A DNA stretch of 64,000 bases from Octopus sinensis (GCF_006345805.1 NC_043007.1:68758001-68822000); one strand, 5' to 3'. Counted from the first letter of the stretch, positions 38,664 to 52,976 are shown. Notes: generated by a model not told the origin, from the letters alone. Translations and numbers: made by a program.

Positions 38664-39063
38664 AGGCGCAGGAGTGGCCGTGTGGTAAGTAGCTTGCTTA
38701 ACAACTACATGGTTCCAGGTTCAGTCACACTGCGTGGCATCTTGGGTTAGTGTCTCCCACTATAGCCTCGGGCCGACCAAAGCCTTGTGAGTGGATTTGG
38801 TAGGCAGAAACTGAAAGAAGCCCGTCGTATGTGTATATATATGTGCGTGCGTGTATGTTTGTGTGTCTGTGTTTTTCCCCCTAGCATTGCTTGACAACCG
38901 ATGCTGGTGTGTTTATGTCCCCGTCACTTAGCGGTTCGGCAAAAAGAGACCGATAGAATAAGTACTAGGCTTACAAAGAATAAGTCCCGGGGTCGATTTG
39001 CTCGACTAAAGGCGGTGCTCCAGCATGGCCGCAGTCAAATGACTGAAACAAGTAAAAGAGTGA
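38664..39063 (+). mobile_element. SINE-A, full length
   Basis: aggcgcaggagtggccgtgtggtaag..ggttcagtc..; short internal (TA)(TG); tail aaacaagtaaaagag. Confidence 0.92.
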
Positions 39064-39920
39064 GTAGATATCTATTTATAGTATAACTAAAGTACGTATA
39101 TAAAATGTAATACGGAAATATACGCATACACACATACTATCGATACACAGATATTTTAAGCTTATATGTCTGCATACATGTATACTTTTGCACGTATTTA
39201 TATATACAAAAATGTATATATATATATATATATAAATATATACATGTAAGTGGGTGTGTGAGAGAGAGGGGAGAGAGAGTAAGAGAGAGTGGGAGAGAGA
39301 GGAGAGAATGTATGTTCGCGTGTATACGAATATACAAAATTATATATATCATACGAAATAAATGTATTGATATATATACACACAGATGTATCATTGCGTA
39401 TTAATGTATATACACACATATATGAAATTATATATACACATTAAATATATGTATGTGTGTGTGTGTATCTATATATATATATGTACGTAGCCTCTATGTC
39501 CGTGTATGTATGTATATATATATATATATATCTTCAAACACATGCATATACATACGTACACGCGCGTACACACACACATTCACTCACACACACGCATATA
39601 TATACATATATAGAATATTATAAACACAATATTGAATTCGTATATTCATATGAATAAGGATAAAGAAATCTGATAATTCTTCTGGTTAGGAAAATACAGT
39701 TATTCATGTGCTGATTCACATATTGCCTCAGGGATAGTAATAAGGAAAATCATGGCAAAAAAATGAGTATCATTGCTGGGAGATTAACGACCATAATAGC
39801 AATGAAGATGAAGACGATGATCGTTATTATGATTATCATCATCATGTTGAGAATTTTATGAAAATGCTGATGAAATATGTGTGTGGGTGTGTGTACGTAT
39901 ATGAATATATATATATATAT

Positions 39921-40020
39921 ATTTTATAAAGGGCTTAGTAAAATAAATTACTTTGCCACATACTGAACTCGAGTTCAGTATGTGGCAAAGTAATTTATTT
40001 TACTAAGCCCTTTATAAAAT
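39921..40020. repeat. Perfect 100-bp spacerless palindrome
   Basis: 39921-39970 is the exact reverse complement of 39971-40020 (centre gaactc|gagttc). Confidence 0.95.
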
Positions 40021-40110
40021 GTAATATTTTGAATTCGCCTTAAATGGTCCCTTTACATACTGAATACTTGGTGAAATTGATTAATAATTAATTAATTTTA
40101 CCCTCAATTG

Positions 40111-40147
<37 letters not shown>

Positions 40148-40200
40148 TATATGTATCTGTGCGCATATACGTGTATATGTGTATGCGTGTATGCATATAT

Positions 40201-40234
<34 letters not shown>

Positions 40235-40332
40235 AATGTATGTGTGTGTATGTGTTTGTGTGTCTGTGTTTGTCCCCCTCAACATCGCTTGACAAACGAC
40301 GCTGGTGTGTTTACGTCACGGCAATAATAATA

Positions 40333-40411
<79 letters not shown>

Positions 40412-40432
40412 AATGAGGATAAAAAGTGATGT

Positions 40433-40959
40433 CCATGGCTTCTGATCTCAACTGGTTGAACGTGTTATGATGTACATTGTTTTGTCTTGGTATAAAATAT
40501 GGACTGCAGCAAATATTTTGCTCAGTACCACATATTCGCTTGTCAGTTGCTTGACTTTAACCAGTTAAGCCTGTCTCGTAGTGGATGACGATATGTACAT
40601 TTCAGATCACTATCAGAAGTGGTTGGGGAGCATCATAGCCATATGGTGAAAGGAGTTATTTTGGGTATGAATAATTCACCTCTTGAAACATATGTTTCGT
40701 TGAATATCCTTAAATAACTCTTATTCAGGGATTTTTTCGGGGGGGGGGCGTATTCAATGAGAAAAAAAATTCTAACTAGGCGTCACCTACTAGGTCATGC
40801 TCTGTTTATCTTGATATAAGATTGTCATACCACGCACATATGGTTGTGATGCATGTGTATGGTTTACCTTTATCACATGGGTAGTCATGATGGGTGTATT
40901 GGGCTTCGTATATTTGTACTCCAGTTTTACTTTGATGGCAAGCTCTGCCTTCTTATTCA
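40433..40959 (+). mobile_element. TAA-tract element copy 4 (diverged, left end truncated)
   Basis: Aligns to 32350-32873; preceded by (TAA)(TGA)n and followed by aataataat. Confidence 0.85.
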
Positions 40960-42864
40960 ATAATAATGACAATAATATTATGTTACGTAATATTTTACAA
41001 AAAATACTGAGTCAATAAATGATTTTTTCCTCTCATTAACAGAAAGTTTGAATCATTATTCCACACCTATTCTACGATGTGTTGAATGTGTGGTGCTATA
41101 CAAAAATTGGTTTCATAAAACATGTTGCATAAAGTGCCTTATGCAAATATCATTGTACGTATGTGTATTCAATACAAGTTGAGTTAGAAAAAAAATGAAA
41201 TTTATTATAATTAGACTTCATAACCAAACTTAAATAGTTTATTGAATTTTTCAAATAAATATCCATTTATTTCTAAATTTCTGAACGAAATATTTTCTTT
41301 ATGATAACTACTGCTCTTTCGTAATGCATTGAGTAAAAACAGAATGACATGTAAAATCGTCCAATTCATACTTTCAAATAGTTTCTGGAACATGGAATAT
41401 CATTAAATTATCTTGTCGCATATAGAATCTGTAAATTGAATTTTCGTTTTACAAATTCTATATTAGGGAAGTTACAAAGCACCTCAGGAAGACTAGCTAC
41501 ATTACGTTAATGCTTCCTAATGTAGTTAAAAGTGATTTCGATTTTATACAAATATTTATCAAGTTACATATGATTCAATGCAAATAGATAAACATAATGT
41601 TTCTTCTATAAAAATACTCTTCGAATGTCCATAAAAGAAGCATAAATAAAGTATTGGGGCAATATATGTTTTAAACGGCAATAAAGTTACCAGATATTTT
41701 GTTTAACAATGTTTCATATAGTAAACCACAGATGAACGTTGATCCATTAAATGCATTTAAAAATACAGTGAATCACAAAATCTCAGACACCTGAAAATTT
41801 AAAGTAAATTTAAAACTACTGCGCTATAAATCAACTTGTAATGGTTCCCGTGTAGCTGAATTCGATTGAGGATAAATTGGAAGAAAATTACTAAAATGTG
41901 ATATCATTTCTGAGATTAAAGTCTCTTTTGACATTTTCTACTAAATGCTTATACATTTCTATATGAAGTTATTTATGAAATTTACTACCGTTTATCTTTT
42001 TCCGGGATTATGCTACCTCCTAGATTAACAAGCTATGTAAAACATTAACTTTTTCTATCAATATATTAATAATGAAGATGAAAATATATAGGAAATATAA
42101 GTACGGAGATTGGTAGGATAAAATACTTTTAAGGAATTACTTTTGGCTTTTCGATCGCTTCCCCGTTAACGATCATTCTCATTGATACTGTTTGATATGT
42201 TGATAACACATGTTTTAGTCTAATTTGTTCTCCTCAGGGACGAATACCCCGAATGGTCTGAATTATCCTAAAAACTCTTTTTCTGATAAAGAAATCGGTA
42301 AACAAAATCTTTACTAGTTTCTCGAAATCTAAAGCAAACCAGGTTAAAATTAAATTAGGCACTCCAAACTGCATTAGTTTAAAATACTAGTGTATATAAT
42401 ATTCATTATGTGTATACAAACTTGGAATGGTACTAGCAGTAACAATTTTGTTTTAGAGAAACATGTCAAAGACACTTGTGTGTTAGAATACAGAAAGGAT
42501 CTCAGAACGACGGTTATCCTCAAATATGATCTATCAGTCAGTTTCCTCCCACTCAGTCATAAATGGAGGATAAGCTTATTTTATTCTGATATAATATAAT
42601 AGTCCAGATTTTCTTCTGAATTATTTCCTTTTAACCTTTTGCTTCATTCTTGAAATTATTATTTCCAATTCTTGGCACTTATTGCAAATAGCTTTTGGTT
42701 TCTCATTATTTTTAAGAGTGATCAGTCCTAGATAGGTTATTCAAAGGATCTTAGTTTGAAAGTAATAGGATGAGATGTAGCCGAAACACAATGTATTTAA
42801 TATATATGTTTACAGCTAACGTGTCACATGACTAGTAGAACTACTAATTAGAACTGCAGGATTG

Positions 42865-43095
42865 CTTGCGGGAGGCATATTGCCTGGTCGGGGGGGGAGG
42901 TAAGAGGCCTTAGTGCCTCGACTTGAAATTTGAATTTGTTTTTCTTTGGTAAGAGGCTCAGCGCCTCAACTTGTAAGGACGATTGCGTCCATTTTTTGAA
43001 CTTTGGTAAGAGGTTCAATACCTCATTTTGTGTTGTTTCCATTATCATTTGTGTCTTTTTCCAGCCTGCAGCTACATCTTTGTAAGGCTGCGTGG
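42865..43095. other. GC-richer island with repeated GGTAAGAGG-hairpin units
   Basis: Three GGTAAGAGG..CCTC units at 42899, 42948 and 43005 plus additional stems. Confidence 0.6.
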
Positions 43096-43245
43096 CCAAT
43101 TTATGAAATAATATAGCGTAGTAAATCTAAGCCAATGCATAAAATTAGATGACGATCATGGTGATTAGAATAATAATAATAAACATTTACACGATAGGCA
43201 CATGGCCTGAAATTTTGAAGAAGGAGCCTGGTCGATTACATCGAC

Positions 43246-44708
43246 TGCAGGATTAAAGCAATTGCACGAATGGATCACGAGGAACAAATGATCAACTGCT
43301 GACTGATACGGTAATTCCTAAGAACTGCCGAAGAAAGTTGACAAACTTAACAATGGCTTGGATTGACTATGAGAAGGCATATAATGCAGTTACTCATTCA
43401 TGGATTCTGAAGTTCCTACACATGATCGGGGCAGCGAAGAATTTGATATGTTTGTTCAAAAACAGTATGAAAAACTGGAAGATAATTTTAACTGCAAGTG
43501 GAAGATATGCTGGACAAGTCGACGTCAAGATGAGAATCCTTTGAAGAGATTCAGTGTCACCCTTACTGTTTTGGGGTTGCATTTTACCACTCTACATTGC
43601 TCTCAGTTAGATGGGAGCTGATTATAAACTGCAGAAAAACCTGAGGCCAATCAATTATCTGATGTTTATTGATGATTTGATGCCTAACAGCTAGCAGTGG
43701 TCAACTGTATTCCCTTATTCAGTCTGTACGAATTTTCGCTCAAGATATCCAGATGGTATTTGGTATAGAGAACTAAGAATAAGGTACAAAGTACACAACA
43801 GCGGAGTACAACTGCCAGACGATGAATGGATAAGAGAAGTGAACGAAGTGGGTGTGTATTCAAAAGTCGCCAACAAAAAGTCAACCATTTGTTATTCATG
43901 GATGAACTCAAACTTTATGGTAAAGATGAAGCCCAAGTCAGTTTCCTCGTTGATACGGTGTATATCAGAATGGAGTTCAGACTGAGAAGAGAGACAAAAT
44001 CTGTGCTGCCCAACAACAAGCACTAAGAACAAACTAAATAAAAGACAGAATAGACAACACATCAGAGAGTGATAAGTGCAGAATTTGTGGACAAAATGGG
44101 GAAACCGTATGGCATATTACCGGCCAATGTACGCCACTAGCCCGGAAGGAATATAAGAGATGTCACGACAATATAGCAAGGCTTGTCCATTAGAAACTTT
44201 GCAACAAGTATGGACTTGACAGAGCAAAAAATTGGTACGACCACAAACCCGAAGGCATCATCGAAAATGATAATGCAATGATCCTGTGGGATTTTAAGAT
44301 TCAGTGCGACCATGAGATAGAGAATAGGAAGCCAGACATAGTCTTCATTGAGAAAGGAAGCAAACTATGCTGGATCATAGATATAGCATGTCCAGCTGAC
44401 AACAAGGTATGCGATAAGGAAAAAAGGAAATTCGATAGATATAACAGGTTAGCTTGGAAGGTTCAGCAGTTGTGGTCGCTGAAAAAGGTGGTAGTATTAC
44501 CAATAATTGTCGGAGCCCTGGGAACTGTGAGTAAAAATCTTGAGAAGTACATGGAACAAACAAGGGCTGCAATAAGGATGGAGCACTGCTTGGAATTGCT
44601 CGAATACTCCGGAAGGTGCTCGAAAATAAGAGGTGTTCCCTTAGTTCACTGGTAGTGGACAGCTGACACTGTAGTACATCTCCAGCCTTAGAAGCTGTGC
44701 AAAGAAAA
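43246..44708 (+). mobile_element. R4/Dong-like copy c, decayed with internal deletions
   Basis: RGTNDQLL, AWIDYEKAY, NHLLFMDELK, CRICGQNGETVWHI..C, RKPDIV..IIDIACP, IIVGALG; 3' end abuts (TAA/CAA)n. Confidence 0.92.
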
Positions 44709-44795
44709 TAATAATAATAATAATAAAACAACAACAACAACAACAGCAACAACAACAATAACAATAATAATAATGATAATAACAACAACAACAAC

Positions 44796-44865
<70 letters not shown>

Positions 44866-44868
44866 GTA

Positions 44869-44902
<34 letters not shown>

Positions 44903-44905
<3 letters not shown>

Positions 44906-46189
44906 AGTTTTAACATCATTAAGACAGGAAGACAAGGAAACTACTAACATCTAAGAATATGCACTACCCAAAAGCTGACGATGATCGTCTGAACCTACCT
45001 AGAAGTAAGGAGGATTAATGCAGGCAGAACTGTGCTGTAAGATCTCCACAATAGCAATAAACAAGTACGTATCTAGAACAGAGGACTGAATGCTAAGGCT
45101 TGTGTGAAAATATGAAAGCAGCAAAGGATCACATTCCATTGTCATGGAAGAATTCAAATGCACAGAGGAACTCCGCACTAACCCTGAATTAGACGAGGAA
45201 CCTGAAACCACTTCCACCAAAGAAGCAAAACGGATCAAACAGGCTACAAAAAAGAACGGGCAGCAAAAAAATGAGGAGCGGTGGAGCCAGAAACCTCTGC
45301 AGAGATAGGACCGAAATACTGATGTAGAGCAAGCAGCGACCCATCAGTGGCTGAATAGCTCAGGATTAAAAGCAGAGACTGAAGGTTTTATATTGGCGGA
45401 ACAAGATCAAAGCTTGCTTACCAAAAGCTACTAAGTTTACGTTCTTCAAAACGGTTCTGAACACTAAATGCAGATTCTACGATACATTTGCTGAAACAGT
45501 AGACCATCTTGTCTCGGGATGTCCTGTGCTGATGCTAAACGAATACAAAAATTGCCAGGATAGGATAGGGCACTATTTACATTGGAAAATATGTAAACAC
45601 TAAAATTTAGCATTTCTGCTTACTTTTATGAACACCATTCTGAGCCAGTCGTTAAAGATAAAAATGTCACTATCCTCTGGGATTTTCAAGTCAACACCAA
45701 CAGAGCGATCTAGGCTAATCGACAAGACATAGTCATTATAGAGAAGGAAAAAAATACTTGTAGACTAATACATGTACGTGTTCCAACTGGTAAAAATATA
45801 TCTGTAAAAGAATTTGACAAATTATGTAAATGTAAGGAACTGGAAAGTCAAATACAAAATATGTGGCATCTTAACGCGAGAAGAATTCCTGTTATTGCGG
45901 GTGCCTTAGGTATGATGAGAAAGGGATGTCAGAAACATCTAGATAATATCCCAGGAGAACCATATCTCAGAGAAATCAAAAGGATTCTGCTGGTAAGTAC
46001 AGCACACATCCTTAGAACAACCCTATCAGTTTAAATGTCTATGTTGTATTACATTAGAATATTTCGTTACTGCCCATGCGACTTCCCCTCCCGAAGCTTT
46101 CAGTCATACTATCATATATTTTATCCTTCACCCGCTTTAAGATGCTGGGTGTGCTTCGGTAAGTGATTGTAACAAACATGCAGATGAAA
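44903..46189 (+). mobile_element. R4/Dong-like copy g (further lineage), decayed
   Basis: YSFNII, DRKTRKLL, HYPKAD..RL.LPR, SGLKAETEGFILAEQDQSL, ETVDHLVSGC, ILWDFQV, VIAGALG, STAHILR; between two (TAA)n tracts. Confidence 0.88.
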
Positions 46190-46190
46190 A

Positions 46191-46308
<118 letters not shown>

Positions 46309-46336
46309 TGATGATGATGATGATGACGATGGTGAT

Positions 46337-46482
46337 AAATGCCCTGATGCCTTACCAGACAGTGGCTCTCGTGGATTCTTAACTGACTGGAAGTGTTATC
46401 ATGTACATAGTTTGTCTTGGTATAAAAGATGGGCGACAGCAAATATTCTGCTGAATACCACAGATTTGCTTGTCAGTTGTTT
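46337..46482 (+). mobile_element. TAA-tract element copy 5 (left 145 bp only)
   Basis: aaatgccctgatgc..cagatttgcttgtcagttg after (TAA)(TGA)n. Confidence 0.85.
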
Positions 46483-49444
46483 TGAAAGAATTGCTGGTAA
46501 ACAATTCCGCCTGCACACCGTCTTAAATCGTCAAGAAAATATTAAAAGATACCTGTGTAAATAATGCATAGACTTACTAAGGAAATGTTATTCAAAGTTG
46601 TTCTCTTCTAAATAATGTATTGTCGATGTCTGTACTAATGTTTAGACATCATGCGAAGATAACTAATATCAAACGGAGCACAATGTTAAGTAATACAGAT
46701 AAAAAAACCTTATCATATGGTTCAAAGTTAGAATGGGAATATTTGATCTGAATTTAATACATAATGCAAAAGTGAAGTGAATAGGTGAACAATGAAAATT
46801 ATGACGATTTAAAATTGTCGAACCTTACATATCAGTTATTGTAAATAAAACAGAAAACAAATCATAAATGGATACTTGAAGAATACGGCACTCTTATTTT
46901 ACACCGGGATCTGCCCAACCACCAAATATTAAAAATAATGACAGCCTTAATTATATGACTTTCACTAATGTTGAGTATCATACGAGATTAGGTCTGCAGT
47001 AGATCTGACACTGAAAGGAATTTAGCGAAACTTAAGCTATTGGACAAACCTTGTTCCTTATTCTTTTGATTAATCCCACTGGTAAATAATACACATTCTT
47101 TATTATTGATGGAAATTATACTTACCTGCCAAGATCATTTTAATATATTTTCACCTCTTTTGCTACCTTCATACATTTGATTCAGTCTCATCTCATTTTA
47201 CATACTTTAAAACACGATAATGGGTTAAAGTTGCTACCGTGTTATTAACATTGCACTTATTGTTGTTTGTAGTTTTTACGCTGTTTCTGATGCGGTTGTG
47301 CAACTATTATTCTCCTGTGGCAGCTTAAGCATCAGATATGCACAATGAGATAATATTGTTCTCATTTATAAAAACACCAGATATTGTTTAATTGACAAGT
47401 TTAACGTTAATTTACATTTCTGAGCTGAGGCCAGGGTATTACTAAACTAATGAGAGACTGGTCTATTGTGACCTTCTAACGAGATGACTAACCATTCTTT
47501 TTTAAAGTGGTGAAGCTAATAATTCGTTAATACATACCACTGATTAGAAAATGTCATGTACTGGACTAGTAATTTTTGGAAGTGATAAATAGAGTATTGA
47601 TTTCAATAGAGTATTGATTTCTGCCTCTACTACAAAACCACAATTTTGCAGAATGTTTGAAAGGTAGATTCAATTGAAATAACCCAGTATATAACTGGTA
47701 CAGAATTAAATAAACCACGAAGGATTACCTCCAAAATCAACACGAACGTTTTGAAGCTCAGTAGATAAACAAACATAACTTCTCGGCATTTAGCCAACCA
47801 GCCCGGTCTACCAGTCCACATGTTCATGTAATCTAAAATACGTCTGTATATAAACAGTTGCTTTCTTCAATATTCTTCTTAAATTTTAATAATTTCCATA
47901 CGTCCACGTTAAACTATAATTCTGTTAATTCTGTATCTTAGTTTCTGCTGGTTCCATATAAGATAAAATATGGAAGCATACGAATTAATGTCATTTCTTG
48001 GAACACCGCGTCACTATTATTGAGAAAAAATATTTATGCATAATAAAACATATTGTTATTTTTATGAATTATAAAATGAATTATAAAATAGAATTAAATG
48101 TTATTCGTGCTGAAGTTTACAACAACAGAAGCTAATACAAAGCAGAGAAGTAATATCTAATGACAACTGGATCAATGGAAACCCAGTAAACGTTTAATTA
48201 AAACCGCCCTTTTATAGGAACTTAATTGCTTAGTAACACGCAGCATGAAGAAATTTTAGTAGGACGGTTGTATAATGCACAGTTTGTGTATCTCAAATGC
48301 AACGTATATATATATGTATGTCTATCTATATATATAGATTGTCTAGATTTATCTGTCTACGTACACACACACTCACGCACAGATGCACACGCACACGTTC
48401 TCACACACACACACATTCACGTGGTTGTTTCATGCCGGAAGGGTTCTTTTATGTTTAAGTGCGTGAGCTTAAGGTGAAAATTGTAAATACTTTCTATTAC
48501 ATATTTAAATAGATGTTTAATATGATTTATAGCTATACACATATGTATGTTTAACTTATCTATCCAAATGTTTACGCATATAAAATGATATCTGAAGAGT
48601 GAACAGAGCAGTTATATATATTTATTAGTGGTGTGTATATCCAAAGATACAGATATATCAACATGTACACATAGACACACATGCATTCATACATCCACCA
48701 ATAAACACATATATATGTAAATATGAATATACATGCATATATATACATACATACATACATACATACATACATACATACATACATACATACATACATACAT
48801 ACATACATACATACATACATACATGGCTCAAAAGGCGAGCTCCAGAGATGCCCAGTAGAGAAAACACGAAGTACTGCTCAAAAGATCTTAACTTAAACTC
48901 CGGAATCTAAATCGAGGACTAGGCCCACAGGGTAAACAGTGACTATAATTGAATTCCAGGAGAGCTGGTATGGAGATAGCAATGCAGATGAACATGATTA
49001 GGCTTGATGTATAAGTAAGCATGTATGCATATACATAAATAAATGCGCGCACACACGCACATACACTCACACACACACACATACACACACAAACACACGC
49101 ACACACAGAGTTACTTATAAATGAATATATTCAGAAGATAAACACATGTACAAGCATATAGATATTTCTACATCTAGAGAGAGACAAATACATTTATATA
49201 AAGCATAAAACGCGATGTATTCTCCCTTTAGAATCATGTACATTTTATGTTTCATGTAAATTTATTTGTCTATATGTGTGTGTGTGTATGTATGTATGTA
49301 TATATATATGATATATTATATATTTACGTATATATATTATATAGATATACATACTTGTTATCGACTGTGGTAGATCAGTATTCACGGTTCATTTAGTAAG
49401 TCTTCCTGTCCGTTTGCTTATTACTAAATATGTTTGACTTCTGA

Positions 49445-49486
<42 letters not shown>

Positions 49487-49699
49487 CATTTTACCTGTAC
49501 ACCTGAATATATTTAGTTCTATCTATCTGTGTGCGCGAGTGTGTGTCTGTATGTGTGTGTGTATCTATATACGTATATGTATATATTTTCAATTATACAT
49601 CAAGCCTAATAGGGTTTAACTGCATCACTATCTCTCTCTGTATGTATATGTATACATATGCATGTATGCATATATATATCTATCTATATGCATGTATTC

Positions 49700-50135
49700 A
49701 TACGTCCTGTGTTCAAAATTCCGCCGAGGTCGAATTTGCTTTTGATTTTTTCTGGTCGGTTAAATAAGTGCCAGTTATGCACTGGAGTCGATGAAATTTC
49801 AGGGCTTACGTCTATAGTAGAAATGATTATTATTGTTGTTGTTGTTGTTGTTGTTAAGGCGCCGAGCTGGCAAAAACGTTAGCGCGCGGGCCAAAATGCT
49901 TAGCAGTGTTTCGTCTGCCGCTACGTTCTGAGTTCAAATTCCGCCGAGGTCGACTTTGCCTTTCATCCTTTCGAGGTCGATTAAATAAGTACGAGTTACG
50001 CACGGGGGTCGATATAATCGACTTAATCTGTTTGTCTGTCCTCGTTTGTCCACTCTGTGTTTAGCCCCTTGTGGGTAGTAAAGAAATAGGTATTCCGCTC
50101 GTCGCTATGTTCAGTGTTCAAATTCCACCGAGTTC
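49700..50135 (+). mobile_element. SINE-B partial copy plus full copy
   Basis: ggcgccgagctggcaaaaacgttagc..gagttcaaattccgccgaggtcgactttgcctttcatcc..ccccttgtgggtagtaaagaaatagg at 49857-50135; a related partial copy precedes it. Confidence 0.88.
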
Positions 50136-50583
50136 TGATGCGTGGTACACCACACACCTGTTCAAGCAGCGTCAATTTGATCGAGAGAGTGAAGTAATGT
50201 ACGGCACATACATTTGATCACTATAAACAAAGCATTTGTGCAGGTCGTTCGGCAAAACCTGTACACTCATACTTCGTTTTCCACGCGAGAGTTCATCTTT
50301 ACTATTATTATAATTATTACTAGTATTACCTGGTCACATCCATAAGGTTGATGACCGTAGCAGCGTTAGGATATACAGTTATCATAAATAAAACTGTCTC
50401 TATTCGTATAAGAACTTTTGTGTGGAATTTTCAAAGGAGAAAATTAAATGTCAAAAGAGCATGTTCTCTAAATACGCATACAATTTGATATATTTTGCTC
50501 AAGAAACGTCATTTGAAAGTTGTTTAATATATAGCGTGATATTAATTTTCGGAACTTACATCTTTCACACATTTTATCCGTAT

Positions 50584-50647
<64 letters not shown>

Positions 50648-51487
50648 AATACATATACATCATATGTGTGTGTATACATATACGTATAGATATACATGTA
50701 TATATGTATCTATATGTATATATACATGTATATATGTATCTATATATATATATATATGCATGTATGTATATATATATATATATACACACACACATATATA
50801 TACATGCATACATACATAAATGCATGCATAAGAATGTATGGGCATTAGTATGTATATATATATATACAAACACACACACACACATATATATACATTTATG
50901 GATGTATATTTATACATACCTACATACAAACAGCTCTACACACTCGCACTCACACGCACATGCATACATGCATACATACATAAATGCATACATAAGAATG
51001 TATGGGCGGGAGTATTTGCGTGAGTATGTGTACATCTATATCTATGATACACAAATATTTGTATATAGAGTTAGAGATAATAAATCAATATCAACACCTC
51101 CAGTTTTATTTTGTATCATGAAATACGTAGTGATAGGAATGATCATGCCTGCCACTACACTTCATTTGGCAGTAATAAATTCAGAAGAACTGTTTGCGTT
51201 TAAAATCACTATGGACACACAAAACAGTAAGATGTGATAGTGTGTGCATTCATTGTGGCAGTCTGCTAGTGTCGGATGTGAAATATAGCCTTGTTATGTT
51301 GGATTCCGATCCGGAGAATGACACACGCATAGACGCGCACACACACGCACACATACACACACGAGGGTATCAAACTTTGCCTTCCATCATTTCGGGGTCG
51401 ATAAAATAAGTACCATTTGAGTACTGAGGTCGATGCGATCAACTGTTTCTCTTAGCAATTTCAAGCTTTGTATCTATAGTAGAGGAG

Positions 51488-51521
<34 letters not shown>

Positions 51522-51544
51522 TATTATTATTATTATCATTATTA

Positions 51545-51587
<43 letters not shown>

Positions 51588-51602
51588 TTATTATTATTAT
51601 TA

Positions 51603-51654
<52 letters not shown>

Positions 51655-51756
51655 CATTATATTATTATTATTATTATTACTATTATTATCATTATTATCA
51701 TCATTATTATTATTATTATTATTATTATTTTATTATTATTATATTATTATTATTTA

Positions 51757-52092
51757 TTGTCTTTGCCCAGCTTCTAACGCTGGAGATGTACAACGGTGTC
51801 ACCTTCCAGAGTATTCGAGAGTTCTAAGCAGTGCTGTTTTCTGCAAGTGCTCCACCCTTTTTGCATCCTCTACTTGTTCCATGTACTTCTCAAAATTTTT
51901 TACTCACAGTTCCCAGCCCCAGAGCTCCGGCAGTTATTGGTATTACTACCACCCTTTTTCAGCATTGAAAGAATACACCGTATCAACAAAGGAACTGACT
52001 TGGGGTTCATCTTTATCATAAAGTTTGAAGTCATCTATGAATAACAAGTGGTTGACTTTTTGTTGGCAGCTCTTGAATACATACCCAGCTTT
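51757..52092 (-). mobile_element. Mini R4/Dong copy f with a large internal deletion
   Basis: KAGYVFKSCQQKVNHLLFIDDFKLY..DTVY joined directly to the C-terminal VVV..GAL..LQKTALL region and 3' UTR; (TAA)n tracts on both sides. Confidence 0.85.
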
Positions 52093-52109
52093 GTGCCAAA
52101 ATTTGAAAC

Positions 52110-52171
<62 letters not shown>

Positions 52172-52434
52172 GCTATTGCTGTTATTATTAAATAATAAAA
52201 TCTACGGATCGTTTTATGGATTAAGAAAGTATTTCGCGAAGATAAGACTCAACAGTTAGTTAGCAATAACAACGAAAGGAAAAGCGCCATCATGGCCACT
52301 GGAGGATTAATGTAAAACTTGACAAACAGCAGCCAATAATTAAATACGTGGTCTCTAATTACCCAACCTTAATACACAAGACACAACTCTACATCCATGA
52401 TGCATTTGTAGCCTTAATATACTGGCTGTTTTAC

Positions 52435-52700
52435 GTGAAGGCGCGTGACTTAGTGAGAAGCCAAATCGGCTAATGATAGTAAGATCGTGAGTTCGGTTTC
52501 CGGCGGCACTTTATTTCACTTTGTTCCAGTCCACTCACCAAAATGATTTCTACCTGTAATTCAAAGAGCCATCATTGTTTGCATTCTGTGTCACTCTGAA
52601 TTTCTCTGAGAACTATGTTATGGGTATGCGTATCTATAAAGTGCTCAGCCACTTGCCCGTTAATTTTATGAGCAGGCTGTTCCAGCTGACCGAAGTGTCT
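52435..52700 (+). mobile_element. SINE-C group, decayed
   Basis: gaaggcgcgtgacttagtg head; atttcactttgttccagtccactca shared with 61100-61140; tail shared with 10490-10620. Confidence 0.65.
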
Positions 52701-52976
52701 TTCTTAGAATATGAGAATGAAAAAGTTGAAAAACGTTGGAAAAACGATAATGTGATTTCTATAGATAAAAAAGCATCCCTATCGTAATGCTAACAATAGG
52801 TGACTAAGGAAATCTCAGAACCATGCAGACGAATTCCAACCCCGATATTTATAATATGAGTGTATATAACACTGAGTAAACGACACTGTTGATACAATAA
52901 AATAAATGACAAAATCAAAGCAAAACACGCACAGACTCACGCACAAATACAGGTGAGTGTGTGTGTGTGTGTGAGA

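Noticed and set aside
42848-43099. 83-aa ORF with VEAL/LLPK repeats as a real peptide
   Set aside because: The repeats mirror the DNA hairpin units; no independent evidence of coding.
46490-48230. Possible host exons in the longest low-repeat stretch
   Set aside because: No ORF with recognisable motifs or convincing splice pairs; needs RNA-seq or homology.
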